The notes under the pieces are model-generated. The model saw nothing but the letters and a program-made list of their open reading frames with translations, was not told where the DNA came from and made no database searches. Of a DNA stretch of 64,000 nucleotides, positions 9,494-21,144 are shown one piece after another; position 1 is the stretch's first letter, and each line of letters opens with the position of its first letter. Location of the stretch: assembly GCA_965207225.1 (NCBI GenBank), contig CBDBLV010000001.1, positions 128,001-192,000 of the forward strand, read 5' to 3'. This stretch comes from Dehalococcoidia bacterium. Lineage in GTDB: Bacteria; Chloroflexota; Dehalococcoidia; Plut-88900. Both the position numbers and the translations under genes were made by a program.

Positions 9494-10273
9494 ATGACGA
9501 CGCCAGACACATTTGCCAGGACGCCGCAGGTTCGGGAGACTTTCGTGTTTCCGGACCCGCCGGAAGACCCGGAAGACAAGATGACCAGCTTTGACCATCT
9601 GACGATCACGGGAAGCGCGCACTACCTGGCGATACACTTGGGCAACCGGGAGACGACGCTGGTGGCTGGGGAGCACTACCTGGCCTTGGCACCCACCCGG
9701 AGCCTGGCTGGTGTGAGGTACCCCGACCTGCTGGTGGCCTTCGGGGTGGACCCGGAGGCGTACCGCAGGAGCAACGCCTACGTGATCTCGGAGCAGGGGA
9801 AGGCGCCGGACTTCGTGCTGGAGGTGGCGTCGAGGAGCACGGGCCGGGTGGACGTGGGGGAGAAGCGCGATGACTACGCCCGGTTGGGGATCACTGAGTA
9901 CTGGCGTTTCGACGAGACGGGAGAGTATCACGGGGCGAGGTTGGCCGGTGACCGTCTGGTGGAGGGCCGGTACGAACCCATACCGATAGAGACCGTGTCC
10001 GATGGAGTCCTCCAGGGATACAGCCCTGCGCTGAACCTGTACCTGAGGTGGGAGGGTGGAGCTTTGGTGTTCCACGACCCTGCGACGGGTCGTCCCATCG
10101 CCAGCCTTGAAGACGAGCGTCAGGCGCGAGCGGAGGCGGAAGCTCATGCAGAGGCGCAGCAAGTCCGCGCCGACACAGAGCAAGTCCGCGCCGACACAGA
10201 GCAGGCCCGCGCCGAGGCAGCCGAAGCCCGTGTCCAGGAGTTGGAGGAGCGGCTTCGGGGCCAGGGAGCGTAA
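9494..10273 (+). CDS. Uma2-family PD-(D/E)xK endonuclease with coiled-coil tail
   Basis: YPDLLV, APDFVLEVASRST, YARLGITEYWRFD; 21-bp tandem repeat 10160-10201 in the tail. Confidence 0.88.
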   Translation: MTTPDTFARTPQVRETFVFPDPPEDPEDKMTSFDHLTITGSAHYLAIHLGNRETTLVAGEHYLALAPTRSLAGVRYPDLLVAFGVDPEAYRRSNAYVISEQGKAPDFVLEVASRSTGRVDVGEKRDDYARLGITEYWRFDETGEYHGARLAGDRLVEGRYEPIPIETVSDGVLQGYSPALNLYLRWEGGALVFHDPATGRPIASLEDERQARAEAEAHAEAQQVRADTEQVRADTEQARAEAAEARVQELEERLRGQGA

Positions 10274-10999
10274 ACCTTTGGCGCGCCCGCGCCCGCGTCT
10301 TCCTCTAATAGACCCTGCGACCCAGTCCGGCCGCAGCCCCGAACCCGAGAAAACGATCCTATTGACAACGGCATAGAAGATAGATTATGGTCTTGTCGCG
10401 TAAGGATATTTAGTATCAATACTGTATCAGTAACGAGGATGTCTTGTTGCAGTTTGGAATTCTTGGCAGCGTGGGGAAAATCCTGTAGAATCGGGGCCGC
10501 AGGCAGATTCCGCCTTCGCCTTTTTTGTTGGCCAATAATGAGACTATGTATCAACACAGGCATGGGTATGCAAGTCAATAACGACGTTGCGTTGGCTGAC
10601 GCTAGGTCCTGTCCCGGCAACCACCGGAATCGTGAAACAATCCCTGTGCCAACCGGCGCCGCGCCAGCAGGCGGAGTAAAGTGCCGTCGGGTCCAATTCC
10701 GCCTGGGCTCCAGAATCGGGCAGCAAGCCCCCCCCCCCGACTCTATCCTCGGGCAAACCCGCATCGGGTAGCTTTTCTCTACTGCCCGCCGGCTTTTCGC
10801 GTTTGACAGCCGATGCCTGTCGCGGCGTTCCTTTCCGTCAGGAGGTTCCCCTCCGCTGGTGAAAGCGGCCTGGCAACACGAAACGTTCTCGCCAGAGGGG
10901 AGTACCAATGCAGGAAACCCAGACACGCCCTGAGCGCCAGGCAATGAACAGCGAACCAACCAAATTGAGAATTCGAAAGCAAGGAAGCAAGGAGAATCA

Positions 11000-12634
11000 A
11001 TGAACACCTTTACTAACGCGTCAATGCCCCTAAGACTTTTCGGCGTCGTCTTGGCGCTGGCCCTAGTAGCGGTGGCCGCCCTGTTGGTCACCCCCACCTC
11101 GGCGCAAAGCCCGGACAACACCTACGACGACCCGCAGCCTTGTGGGTTCGGCCAAGGCGCATCCACTGCATTCCAGGCCGAACCGCACGAGAAGACCACC
11201 GGCCACTACGCACTCTTTGACGCCTACTGGGAGGATACGGGGCCGGATCAGGCGCAGACCCCAGGGCTGGACCCTGACCAAACCCCTGACAACACCGGTC
11301 TCCTGCACACCAACGAGTGCCCGCCGCTGTTGACCACCGAAACGCAAGACCTCCAAACCGTAACCACCCTGACCGACTCCGGCGTCGACATCGACGAGCT
11401 CATCATCCACGTGGAGGACTCGCGCAGGGTGACCGTGGTGGAAGGCGACCCGGATGATCGCAGCACTCACCATTTGCGTTTGGACCAGTACGAAGAGGTT
11501 AGGCACTACGTAAATGTCGGCCAACAGGTCTGGTGGCTGCGGCTGGACGACCCGGACCTCAGCGGGAACCAGAAATCCGACCTCACCCTCGGATTCTCGA
11601 CGCACCGATTCGACAAGAAGTACTGGACCAAGGTTAGCTACGAGTTCAGGCTCTTGCGCAACCCCGGCATTGCCCCGAGCGAGCATCCCCACCTCCTCGC
11701 CTACCGGGCGCGCCAGTCGGGTGTGCCCGGCGCGACCAAGGTCTGGGACAGCGCTGAGGCAGGCATCGCATCCATGGAGATGGCGCCCGGCGAACTCATC
11801 AATGACCTACAGTGGGTCTTCACCAAGCCCGGGACCTACGAAATATCTGCTCAACCCGTGGGGTACGTGCGCAACAAAAACCCTCACGCTGAAGGCGATG
11901 AGGAGTACGACGCGAACTGGAAGGCGATCAGTGCAAACGTCACCGAGGCCGGCGAGGTGAAGAAGTACGTCATCCACGTGGGGCCTCTCGTCGAGGTGGA
12001 ACCGCCTCTGTTGGGCGTCAGCCGCAGCGTGCCGGAAAACTCCCCGGCCGGAACCAACGTCGGCGACCCGTTCCTGGTCTACTCGGAAGCGAGTGATCTG
12101 GGGTACAGCCTCTCCGGCGTCGGCCACGAAAACTTCGTAGCAACGGCCACGACCGACGCGGACCCCTACGGCGTCCAAATCAAGGTGGCCGAGGGGGCCA
12201 GCCTGGACTACGAGACCAAGGCCACCTATGACCTCACCTTGGGAGTGACAAACAAGATCGACCACGAGAGCAATCCCGACCCCACCGTAGACGACACCCT
12301 GGTGGTGCGGATCAGTTTGGACGATGTCGCCCCCACCGTGAGCCTTGCAGTCGATAATGCCAGCCCGGCGGTGGGTGACACGGTGACCTTTAGGGCGGTG
12401 TTCCAACACTTCGAAGAAGTAGGAGAGTATCTGTATGATTTCGACAGTCTGTCGAATTCCGATACCCTCACTGGGCGGGTTACCACCAACAACGCCATTG
12501 TGTACACCACCACCCGAAATAGCGCCCTAACGGAAACTTTCACCTTCAGTGCCACTTACGACGTTGATGATGATGGCTCGAACCGACGTGTCATTCACGC
12601 CGAGAATGTCACCGTCACCTGGGGCAACCCGTAG
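11000..12634 (+). CDS. Secreted surface protein with cadherin-like domain
   Basis: Signal peptide (..PTSA/Q); VPENSPAGTNVG and LDYETKATYDL cadherin motifs; WVFTKPGTY motif. Confidence 0.75.
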   Translation: MNTFTNASMPLRLFGVVLALALVAVAALLVTPTSAQSPDNTYDDPQPCGFGQGASTAFQAEPHEKTTGHYALFDAYWEDTGPDQAQTPGLDPDQTPDNTGLLHTNECPPLLTTETQDLQTVTTLTDSGVDIDELIIHVEDSRRVTVVEGDPDDRSTHHLRLDQYEEVRHYVNVGQQVWWLRLDDPDLSGNQKSDLTLGFSTHRFDKKYWTKVSYEFRLLRNPGIAPSEHPHLLAYRARQSGVPGATKVWDSAEAGIASMEMAPGELINDLQWVFTKPGTYEISAQPVGYVRNKNPHAEGDEEYDANWKAISANVTEAGEVKKYVIHVGPLVEVEPPLLGVSRSVPENSPAGTNVGDPFLVYSEASDLGYSLSGVGHENFVATATTDADPYGVQIKVAEGASLDYETKATYDLTLGVTNKIDHESNPDPTVDDTLVVRISLDDVAPTVSLAVDNASPAVGDTVTFRAVFQHFEEVGEYLYDFDSLSNSDTLTGRVTTNNAIVYTTTRNSALTETFTFSATYDVDDDGSNRRVIHAENVTVTWGNP

Positions 12635-12640
12635 TATCGG

Positions 12641-12938
12641 ATGGCGGTTGCTGTGGCCCTTAGGCTTGTAACGCTGTGCCTGTTTGCAGCGCTGGTCGCG
12701 ATGGCGACCAGTGCTGCCGAGCCCGCTTTTGCTGCCCCCTCGCCCCCGGCGAGCCGAATCTCCCTGGACAGTCTGCCGAAGCCAAGAGGAGCCTCAAACG
12801 TCTGGTGGGAGCTCTTCGTGCGCAACGATCCAGTCCCCGGTCACCCACCGGCGGCGGCTTATGATGTAGTCGTTCGCATTACCGCCACGGCCAATGGTCA
12901 GGAGTACAAGCAGCACACAACTGTTAGCAACCCTTCAG
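12641..12938 (+). pseudogene. 5' fragment (signal peptide) of the IS-disrupted Calx-beta adhesin
   Basis: Joins in frame to 14832 once the IS and one TSD copy are removed (..VSNPS-AGYIDRD..). Confidence 0.8.
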
Positions 12939-14826
12939 CCCAAATCCACCGCCTAATTGAATGAGAATACCTCGTTGGAGTCGGCTGCAAAGCTGACTAA
13001 GATGGTAAGTGACAATCCCAAACCATCACCAACGAGGTGCAGTTATTATGCAACATGGAGTCCTACCGTTCCAGTACAGGGCAGAGAACCGCATCGGGGG
13101 CATGACGGCGCTATCGGGGTTGGCAGTCTACCTGGAGATGGCCGAGGCAATCGGCCTTGGCGAGTCGATCAGACGCCACGTGAGGGTCAGAGAGGGAGGC
13201 CAGGGTTGGACGGACCGTCAGATGGTCACCTCACTGACGCTGTTGAACCTGGCGGGCGGCGAAGGGGTGGACGACCTTCGCGTGCTGGAGGCGGACGAGG
13301 GCCTTGGCCGGATGTTGGGAAGGGTGGAGACCCACCGGCAGCGAGCTTCGGAGCGCAGGGCGGTGCGCAACCGGTGGCGGCGTGACCGACACCGCTATGT
13401 GCCGTCTCCATCGGCGGTGTTCCGGTATCTGAGCCAGTTCCACGACGCATCCCAGGAGGAGGCGAGGCAGCCTCATACGGCGTTCATACCCCAGGCCAAC
13501 GACGCGCTGGACGGACTTGGGAAGGTCAACGCCGAGATGGTGGGCTTTGTCCAGGGCCACGTCGGGCATAGGCAGGCGACACTGGATATGGACGCGACGC
13601 TGGTCGAGACTCACAAGCAGGAGGCGCTCTACTGCTACAAGGGATTCAAAGCCTATCAGCCGCTAACGACATACTGGGCCGAGGCGGACCTGGTCGTCCA
13701 CTCGGAGTTCAGAGACGGCAACGTTCCTGCGGGATTTGAGCAGCTACGAGTGTTGCGAGACGCGTTGGAGTGCGTACCCGAGGGAGTGGAGCGGGTGATG
13801 CTGCGGTCCGACACGGCAGGCTACCAGAACGATCTTCTGGAGTACTGCGCCGAGGGGAGAGACGAACGGTTCGGAGTGATCGAGTTCGCGATTGGGGTAC
13901 GCGTCACGGACGAGTTCAAGCATGAGGCGGCGCTGGTGGAAGAGAGCGAGTGGCGTCAGTTGCCCCGGATGATGGGGGAGTTCGAGGTGGAGACGGGGCA
14001 GGAGTGGGCCGAGGTGGGCTTCATGTCCAGTCGATTAGGTCGCTACAAGGAGGGTCCCGCCTACCGTTTCATAGCCGTCAGAGAACCTCTGAGGCGACCG
14101 CCGCTACCGGGCATGGAGAGTGAGTTTGAGCTGTCGGTTCCGGTCATGCAGATGCCGAACCACGGCTGGTACAAGATCAGCGGGATAGTGACGAACCGGG
14201 AGCTTCCGGGAGACGAGGTTGTGCGGTGGTACCGTGAGAGATGCGGGAAAGGCGAGGAGGTCCATAGTGTGCTGAAGGAGGACCTGGCGGGCGGGAGACT
14301 GCCGTCGGGACAGTTCGGAGCCAACGCAGCGTGGTGGGCGATAACGGTGCTGGCGTTCAACCTGAACTCGGCGGTCAAGCAGTTGGCGCTGGGTGATGAG
14401 TGGGTGACCAAGCGGCTCAAGGCGGTGCGCTTCGCTCTGATCGACCTTGCCGGTCGAGTGGTCTACCATGCCAGGAAGCTGCTGATCCGACTGGCGCGAG
14501 GTCATCCATCGTTCCCGCTGCTGGTCGGGGCACACCGGAGAATAGCGGCGCTGGCTCACGGCCCTCCCTGAATCTGAGACGGTCCGCGCCACAGCCTATC
14601 GGTCAAGCGACGTGGATAACCGTCGTAGGGACGCTGCGTCCTCCTACGAGGCCAAACGGCTCAAAATCGACGCAAAACATCGTAAAGCAGCACCCCAAGA
14701 CCCTCATACGTCCACCATCGGCCCCGCCAAACCACTGCTAACCCTGTCAGTAGCCAATCGACGCCCCCACCGGCCCAACCGAAAGGTCAGAAAATCAGAT
14801 TCCTACCTTTAGGCGGTGGATTTGGG
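12939..14826 (+). mobile_element. IS1380-family insertion sequence, 1888 bp
   Basis: Perfect 18-bp TIR CCCAAATCCACCGCCTAA (12939-12956 / 14809-14826); 5-bp TSD TTCAG (12934-38, 14827-31). Confidence 0.92.
13048..14571 (+). CDS. IS1380-family DDE transposase
   Basis: LDMDAT, YQPL, FRDGN, LRSDTAG, YRERCGKGE, FGANAAW motifs; start uncertain (13009 or 13048). Confidence 0.88.
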   Translation: MQHGVLPFQYRAENRIGGMTALSGLAVYLEMAEAIGLGESIRRHVRVREGGQGWTDRQMVTSLTLLNLAGGEGVDDLRVLEADEGLGRMLGRVETHRQRASERRAVRNRWRRDRHRYVPSPSAVFRYLSQFHDASQEEARQPHTAFIPQANDALDGLGKVNAEMVGFVQGHVGHRQATLDMDATLVETHKQEALYCYKGFKAYQPLTTYWAEADLVVHSEFRDGNVPAGFEQLRVLRDALECVPEGVERVMLRSDTAGYQNDLLEYCAEGRDERFGVIEFAIGVRVTDEFKHEAALVEESEWRQLPRMMGEFEVETGQEWAEVGFMSSRLGRYKEGPAYRFIAVREPLRRPPLPGMESEFELSVPVMQMPNHGWYKISGIVTNRELPGDEVVRWYRERCGKGEEVHSVLKEDLAGGRLPSGQFGANAAWWAITVLAFNLNSAVKQLALGDEWVTKRLKAVRFALIDLAGRVVYHARKLLIRLARGHPSFPLLVGAHRRIAALAHGPP

Positions 14827-14831
14827 TTCAG

Positions 14832-17800
14832 CCGGGTACATTGACAGGGACGCTGGAGAGTGGGTCATCCCCTTTATACCGCCGGGGGGCACCGCTGACG
14901 TGATCATTCAGCCCGCAGCATTCTTTCCTCGATTCAATCAGGATACACCAGTCCGCCTGCACGCTGAATTGGTTTCACATCGTTACCTCGCCAGCGAAGC
15001 AGGCAGCCAAGGGAGTATTGAAACCGAGGATTGGTACATTAGGGCTGCGAATGCTTATCTTTTTGCATGGCCAGGTGCAGAAGTAGGCGTAAGAGTTCGC
15101 AGCCTTAACAACAGGGTTCCAGCGTTAGGTACGCAGACGCAGACCACGTTTGATGTTCGTGCGATTAATGTACCCTACAATGACCCAGACCCAAGAGTTC
15201 TAATAGTACCAAGCAAGCAGATTGGCAAAGTATGGGATGTGAAGATCAAGATCGATCTTTCGCCGGGGTTGTCTTTAGCTCCCGGATGGACTGCGCCGAC
15301 CGGCACATCCTTTGACGCCGAAAGCGGTATCTGGAATGTGGGGTTAATTAGTGGCGCAAATACCGGTACGACAATGTCTTTGCCGGTACTCCTCGCCGCG
15401 GATAACGTTCCCTTGGAGCAGCGGTGCCTGACGGCGACGGTGGTGAGCTCCACACCCGACTTCGAGCTGGACCCGGGGGTGCTGGTGAACGACTTCTCCA
15501 CCAAGTGCCTGGGCGAAGATCCGATATTGAACGAGGGCGATATTGCTGTTTTCAAGTACGTTTCCTGCGTTGGCCGCACATCTTACCCCTGCACCAGCGA
15601 TGACACACTGGAATTGGTGGCAAAGCATGAAGCGGCATTCTGGCAGCCTGAAGATGTCATTGTCCAAGTCAGGGACGTCCAGGGAAGGGTTGAGGCGGGA
15701 TGGAGCACCGGCAAGACGGCAAGGCACCTTGCTTCTGTTCCTTCGATCCCTGGTGTTGGTGTCATCTTCGAAGTCATTGATAGCGGGTACAACGCATACA
15801 CTTTTGCAATTAGCGACGTGGTGCCAAAACAACGGCCCGGCAAATTTACAGTTGTGGCCGGCAACGAAGGAAACATTACCATCTTGGACGCCGACACAAT
15901 GCTGTCCGCGGGACCGTACAACCTTAATGAACCAATTCCCGCATTAGTAGTTTTCGGCACTTTGGGCACATATAAGGTAAAGATAACCGTTGGGGCTACC
16001 AAGTCGGGGACGGCGTACACCGACAGCGGCGTCTACACCTTCCACGTGGGGCCGATAGCGGAGCTTGCGGTGCGGGACGGCGGTCGCAGCCCACTGGCGG
16101 CGCCGGACCAGCAAGCCTACACCATCCTCGCGGCCAACAACGGACCAGACGCGGCTGGGGCCGTGCGGGTAACCCTCACAGGCGTACCCCAGGGCGCGGA
16201 GGCCATCGTCAGTGGCAGCACCAAGCGCGTGGACGACGAAGACGTCAGCGGCAGCGATGGAAGGTACGCGCAGGGCGACTGCGTAGACGGATTCTGCGAA
16301 GCCACCTGGACCATCGGAAAGATGTCCGTTTCCTCTGGCAGGACCTCCATCGGCAAGATGCCCTTCCCCACGCTGACCCTGATCGCCCCGGACGGCGCGT
16401 CCACGTCGGGCATTGAGGCCAGCATCGAAAGCACCGAGCCCTACTCGGTTACCATCGACGGCACGGTCCACTCCACCGCCTACTTCGACTACATCGATGA
16501 GAACAACAGCGCTCACATCGCTGCCCGGGCCGGAGCCGGCGGGCCAGTGCCGGGAACGCCACAGGACCTGCAAGCGCAGTTCTACACCGTTCCATTCACG
16601 ACCGCCCTCGTGTGGTGGACCGAGCTTGAGTCGGTGAACGGCTTCCCTGTGTCCCGCTACGAGGTGTTCACGGAGCGGCCGAATGGTGGAGCCTGCCAGG
16701 CGCCGAGTACGGACCAAGCGGGAGAGCGGCTCACGGGAACGACGTACGCGGACCGCCGTGCGAAGGAGGGCGAGCTCACGTGCTACTACGTGCGGGCAGT
16801 GAATACTCATAAAGTTCCCGGCTACTGGGCGGGGCCGGTGATGGCGACCGGCGACAGCCCGGACCAGCCGCGGCTGTCGGTGCAGGGAGGCGATCCAGTC
16901 GACGAGGGCGACGCCGCCCAATTCACGGTCAGCGCCTCCCCGGCCCCCGCCGCCGGAGACAGTCTCACCTTTGGCTACACGGTGATCCAGCGTGGCGACT
17001 ACGTAGCCGACAGAGAGTTGGGCCAGAAGCATGCAACCATAGGCAACAGCGGCCGCGCCACCATAACCGTCCTCACCGTGGGGAACGATACCGACGACGC
17101 CGACGGGGAGATATTCGTCACCCTGAACAACGGCGAGGGCTACACGGCGTCTTCGGCCCGGTCGGCCAGCGTCGTGGTGAGGGACGACGACAATCCCTCG
17201 GTGTCCTTCGCCGACGACCCGGCCACCGTGAGCGAGGGAGATGGCACTTACGACGTGGTGGTCAACCTGGTTCCGGCGCCCCATGCCGCCACCAGCATCA
17301 AATACCAGATCGGGGGCGTCGCCGAGGCCGGCGAGGATTTCACGATCGGCGGCCTGAGCAACGGCTTTGGGTCGGTCTGGGTCGGGCCCGGGCAAAGCAG
17401 CGTTCCCATCCGGGTGCGGCTGAGCGACGACGGCACGAGCGAGGATGATGAGTGGGTGGACATCTACCTGCGCGCGGGAGAGAACTACGACGTGGGAACT
17501 CCGTCCCGCTACACGCTGACCATCACCGACAACGACGGCCCCGGGGCGCAGTTCGCCCGGGCCGATAGCGAGGTTGGCGAGTCCGACGGGAGCGTGGGCG
17601 TCACCGTCAACCTGGTCCCGGCGCCCACCGAGGACGTGACCATCAACTACACCCTTGGCGGCGGCACGGCCACGCGGGGCACTGACTACAGCATCGAAGG
17701 CTTAACCGGCTCTTCCGGGTCGGTGACGGTCTCCGCCGGGATCAACAGCGTCGGCATCCCGGTAACCATCAACCCCGACGGCGACTCCGAGCCCGACGAG

Positions 17801-19348
17801 ACTGTGGTTCTGACGCTGCGGACCAACGCGGACTCGGACTACACCGTCGGGACGACTCGGACGCACACGCTGACCATCCTGGACGACGACCGGCCGAGGG
17901 CGGAGTTTGCCTCCGATGCATCCAGCATCATGGAGGCGGACACCGAGCACATGGTGGAGGTCAACCTCCGCCCTGCCGCGCCCGCGGGAGGGCTGACCTT
18001 GAGCTACGGCTTGGCAGGCGGTACGGCAACGCGCAACCGGGACTACCGCGCCTCCGGCACGGTGCAGGCGGAGGCAGGCGACATCAGCGTTCGTATCCCG
18101 GTGGAGATCATCCGCAACGGCGAAAGCGAGCCGGAGGAGACGGTGGTTCTGACGCTGCGGGTCGGCTCGAGAAACAACGTGGGCGAAGAAAGCGTGCATA
18201 CGCTGACCATCACGGACAACAACCTGCCTATGGTCGCCTTTGAGACGGCGGAGGCCAGCGTGAGTGAGACGGGCCGCACGCACCGGGCGGTCATCACCCT
18301 GGACCCGGCGCCCCACGAGGATCTCACCATCGGCTACACCGTTGGTGGCACGTCCACGGAGGGAGTGCACGGCCAGCACGGCCCGGGCGACGACTTCACC
18401 ATCAGCAACTCCGGGACGGTCACGGTCCCGCGCGGGCGGAACCAGGTCTTCGTGCCGATAACCATCGTCAACGACTCAGACGCCGAGGGCGACGAGACTC
18501 TGACGCTGACGCTGGACGGCGGCGACGGCTACGCCCTCGATACGTCGGCGAACATCTACGAGCTGACCATCCTGGACGACGACGCGCCGGAGGTATCCTT
18601 CACGGCGGCCTCGGGCGAGCCGGACGAGGGCGCCGGCACGCACGTGGTGCGGGTCAGGCTGGACGGGCAGACGGACAATCCGGTGACAGTGGGCGTCAGC
18701 GTCAACTTCCCGCCCAATATCGGCTCTGACAACACCGATTACCACAGCGCCATCCCCGGCAGCGTTACGATTCCGGCGGGGACGCTTGAAACCGAGCTTA
18801 CGGTGACCATCACCGACGACAACCTCAACGAGGCCGACGAGGTGGTGGTCCTGACGCTGGAGCCCGGCACGGGGTACTCCCTGTCGCAGGACAAGCCCAC
18901 GGAGTACACGCTGACCATCGTGGACAACGACGCGGACGAGAACACCCCGGTGGCCAGTCGCGACCATCCCCATGCCCACGGGCAGGGCTCGACACATTTT
19001 GAAGTCTACGAAGGCCATACGCGGATCCCGACGTGGTACGTGACCAGGAACTTCGCGGGGGATGTGATCTTCCAGTACGTCGGCGGAACGGCGACCCTGG
19101 ACGAGGACTTCCGCTTGTTCAACATAGACGATCAGATCGAGAAGGTGGGCGACACCTTCACGGTCCGGTCCCTTGAGTCCCCCCACGACTCCGACAGGGA
19201 AGCGGGCCTCCGTTGGGCCAGGTTCACGTTCGACCCGATACGAGACCAGGAGCGGGAAGGCGGCGAGACGGTTATCCTCCGGGTGCTGAACGGCCCGGAC
19301 TACACCGTCGAGGAGCCCACCGAGCTCACCATCACCATCATTGACTAG
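14832..19348 (+). pseudogene. 3' part of a large Calx-beta repeat / FN3 / DUF11-like adhesin (1604 aa if intact)
   Basis: About seven repeats of V.F....V.E..G...GGTAT.G.DY...E.DETV.LTL...TLTI.DDD; FN3-like PGTPQDL..W..Y.V..YYVRAVN; NNGPDAA. Confidence 0.85.
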
Positions 19349-19480
19349 AAGCAACCGGCCGGCGTCCCCACGGGGGCCATGGGCTGAAGGCGGCAGTTCG
19401 GCTGCCGAGCATTGGACGCCAACGCGCCGGTGCTGATGCGGACTTGGTGAAACGCAAAGAGAGCGGGATACATGCCGGTA

Positions 19481-19517
19481 GAGAGGGAGGCCATCCAATT
19501 CGGATAGCCTCCCTCTC
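19481..19517. terminator. Hairpin between convergent genes
   Basis: GAGAGGGAGGC...GCCTCCCTCTC. Confidence 0.6.
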
Positions 19518-19523
19518 TTGTAC

Positions 19524-20681
19524 CTAAGCGGTCGCCGCCCCCGGCCGCATCAGCAGTGCGGAGTAGCCCGGGGCCACCACGTGGTCCACCGACACCTTCC
19601 CCGTGCCGTCGTATCCGGTGCGGAAGGCGTACTCCACCTCCGCGCCCCAGGGCACGCGCCCGCCGACGCGCACCGCACCGCCCCTGGCCGTGCCGTCTCT
19701 ACCGCGAGCGCCGTGCACCACCATGCCGCTGCGCTCCCCCTTCTTCCAGCCCAGCACCTTCAAGGCCGCGGGCATCACCCGCTCATCGGCCTTCGTCCGC
19801 TGGAACAGCGCCCCGTGGAGCTTCCTCAGAACCACGGCTGACGGGGTGCTTCTGCCGTTCATGATCTGGGAGAGGTGGCCGGAGCTGATGCCCGCCCTAC
19901 GCGCCACCTCGTTCTGGCTCACGTTCAACTCGTCCATCCGCTCCCAGATGAACTGCCGGTCTACGTCGGGGCACTGGGCGGACGCGACCTTCGCACGTCC
20001 CTCAAGCACGGCCTCGACCCTGGCCTGGAGCTTCACCCCCATGCTCCTATGGCCGCGTGACACCTGGCTCAAGTACCCGGCGGACACGCCGACCTTCTCG
20101 GCCAGCTCCCTCATGGTGATGCCGAGTGCGCGTGCGGTCTCCCGGATGAAACTGCTGGCCTCACCCTCGACCACGTCGCACTTTCGGTTGGCGCACCGTG
20201 CGGGGGCGACCCTGGCCGGAGCGTTCAGGACCGACTCGATGCTGGCCTGCACCTTGGGTCCCATGTTCCTGCGGCCACGGGCCACCTGGGTGAGGTAGCC
20301 GTATGAGACTCCAGACCGGTCGGAGAGCTCCAGCATGGTGATTCCTATCTCGCGTGCCCGCTCCCGGATGAAGGAGCTCTCGCTGTTCACGACGCCGCCC
20401 TGTCTGTAGACGACGCCCTGTCCGGGGACCTCGCCGAGGACCGCCATCGCCTTCTCCCTCAGGTTGGGGGTCCAGGGCTTCTTGCCCGTGCCCACCTGGG
20501 AGAGGTGGCTTGCGCTGACGCCCATCAGGGCCGCGAGCTCCTTCATGGTGAGGCCCCGCTTCCTGGCCGCCGCCCTGAGCTCGCTCTCCGGCCTGCCCCT
20601 GCGCTCTTCGGGCGCTGCCGCATCCGTCGTGGTTGCCGTGTCCTTGGTCCGCTTGGTCCTCGTCGTGGTTGCCGTCGTCAT
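19524..20681 (-). CDS. Protein with four tandem XRE-type HTH domains
   Basis: Four repeats such as GLTMKELAALMGVSASHLSQV, GITMRELAEKVGVSAGYLSQV, VSQNEVARRAGISSGHLSQI. Confidence 0.85.
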   Translation of the reverse strand: MTTATTTRTKRTKDTATTTDAAAPEERRGRPESELRAAARKRGLTMKELAALMGVSASHLSQVGTGKKPWTPNLREKAMAVLGEVPGQGVVYRQGGVVNSESSFIRERAREIGITMLELSDRSGVSYGYLTQVARGRRNMGPKVQASIESVLNAPARVAPARCANRKCDVVEGEASSFIRETARALGITMRELAEKVGVSAGYLSQVSRGHRSMGVKLQARVEAVLEGRAKVASAQCPDVDRQFIWERMDELNVSQNEVARRAGISSGHLSQIMNGRSTPSAVVLRKLHGALFQRTKADERVMPAALKVLGWKKGERSGMVVHGARGRDGTARGGAVRVGGRVPWGAEVEYAFRTGYDGTGKVSVDHVVAPGYSALLMRPGAATA

Positions 20682-21144
20682 GTCGCTTCTCCTTTGAATG
20701 AAGAAGCGGGACGGCCGCCACCCCCGTGGGGTGGAGACAGTCCCGCTCTGAATTGGCGTCCCGAATGGCCGGGACTGTCTCCGTGGGTTTTGTGTTGTCG
20801 CTGTGGCCGATGGCCGGCTGCGGCGTCCTCCGTATCGCTGTACTGGGCAGGCTCTACGTGGGGAAGCCGCGCGCGGGCAATGTCAGTGCCCGCCGTGCGT
20901 TGGGCATAGTTCCTCCTGGGTGGGTTAGTGGATGGGTGGTGCGGGACCGGGGTCCCGCAAGCAAGGGGGCGGAGCGGGCAAGCTCCGACGTGTGAAACGG
21001 CGTGGAGAGCCAGGACGAGGGGAGCGCTAGCTAGCGTCGTGCTCGACCCATGCAAGCAGAGTCAAGAGGGCGGCGCGCGCTGCCTGGGGGTGCAAGGTCA
21101 GCCGCGCCGCCCGGCGTCACCTGGGGTGTGCGCCGAGACCGTGG

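Noticed and set aside
10160-10201. 21-bp tandem repeat as a regulatory array
   Set aside because: In-frame heptad expansion in the Uma2 coiled-coil tail, common in this family
10750-10775. c-di-GMP-I riboswitch (GGCAAACCC)
   Set aside because: No GNRA-capped P2 or GACGCAAA continuation
20854-20907. 17-codon minus-strand ORF with AGGAGG RBS (leader peptide?)
   Set aside because: Too short, with no second copy in the window to test conservation
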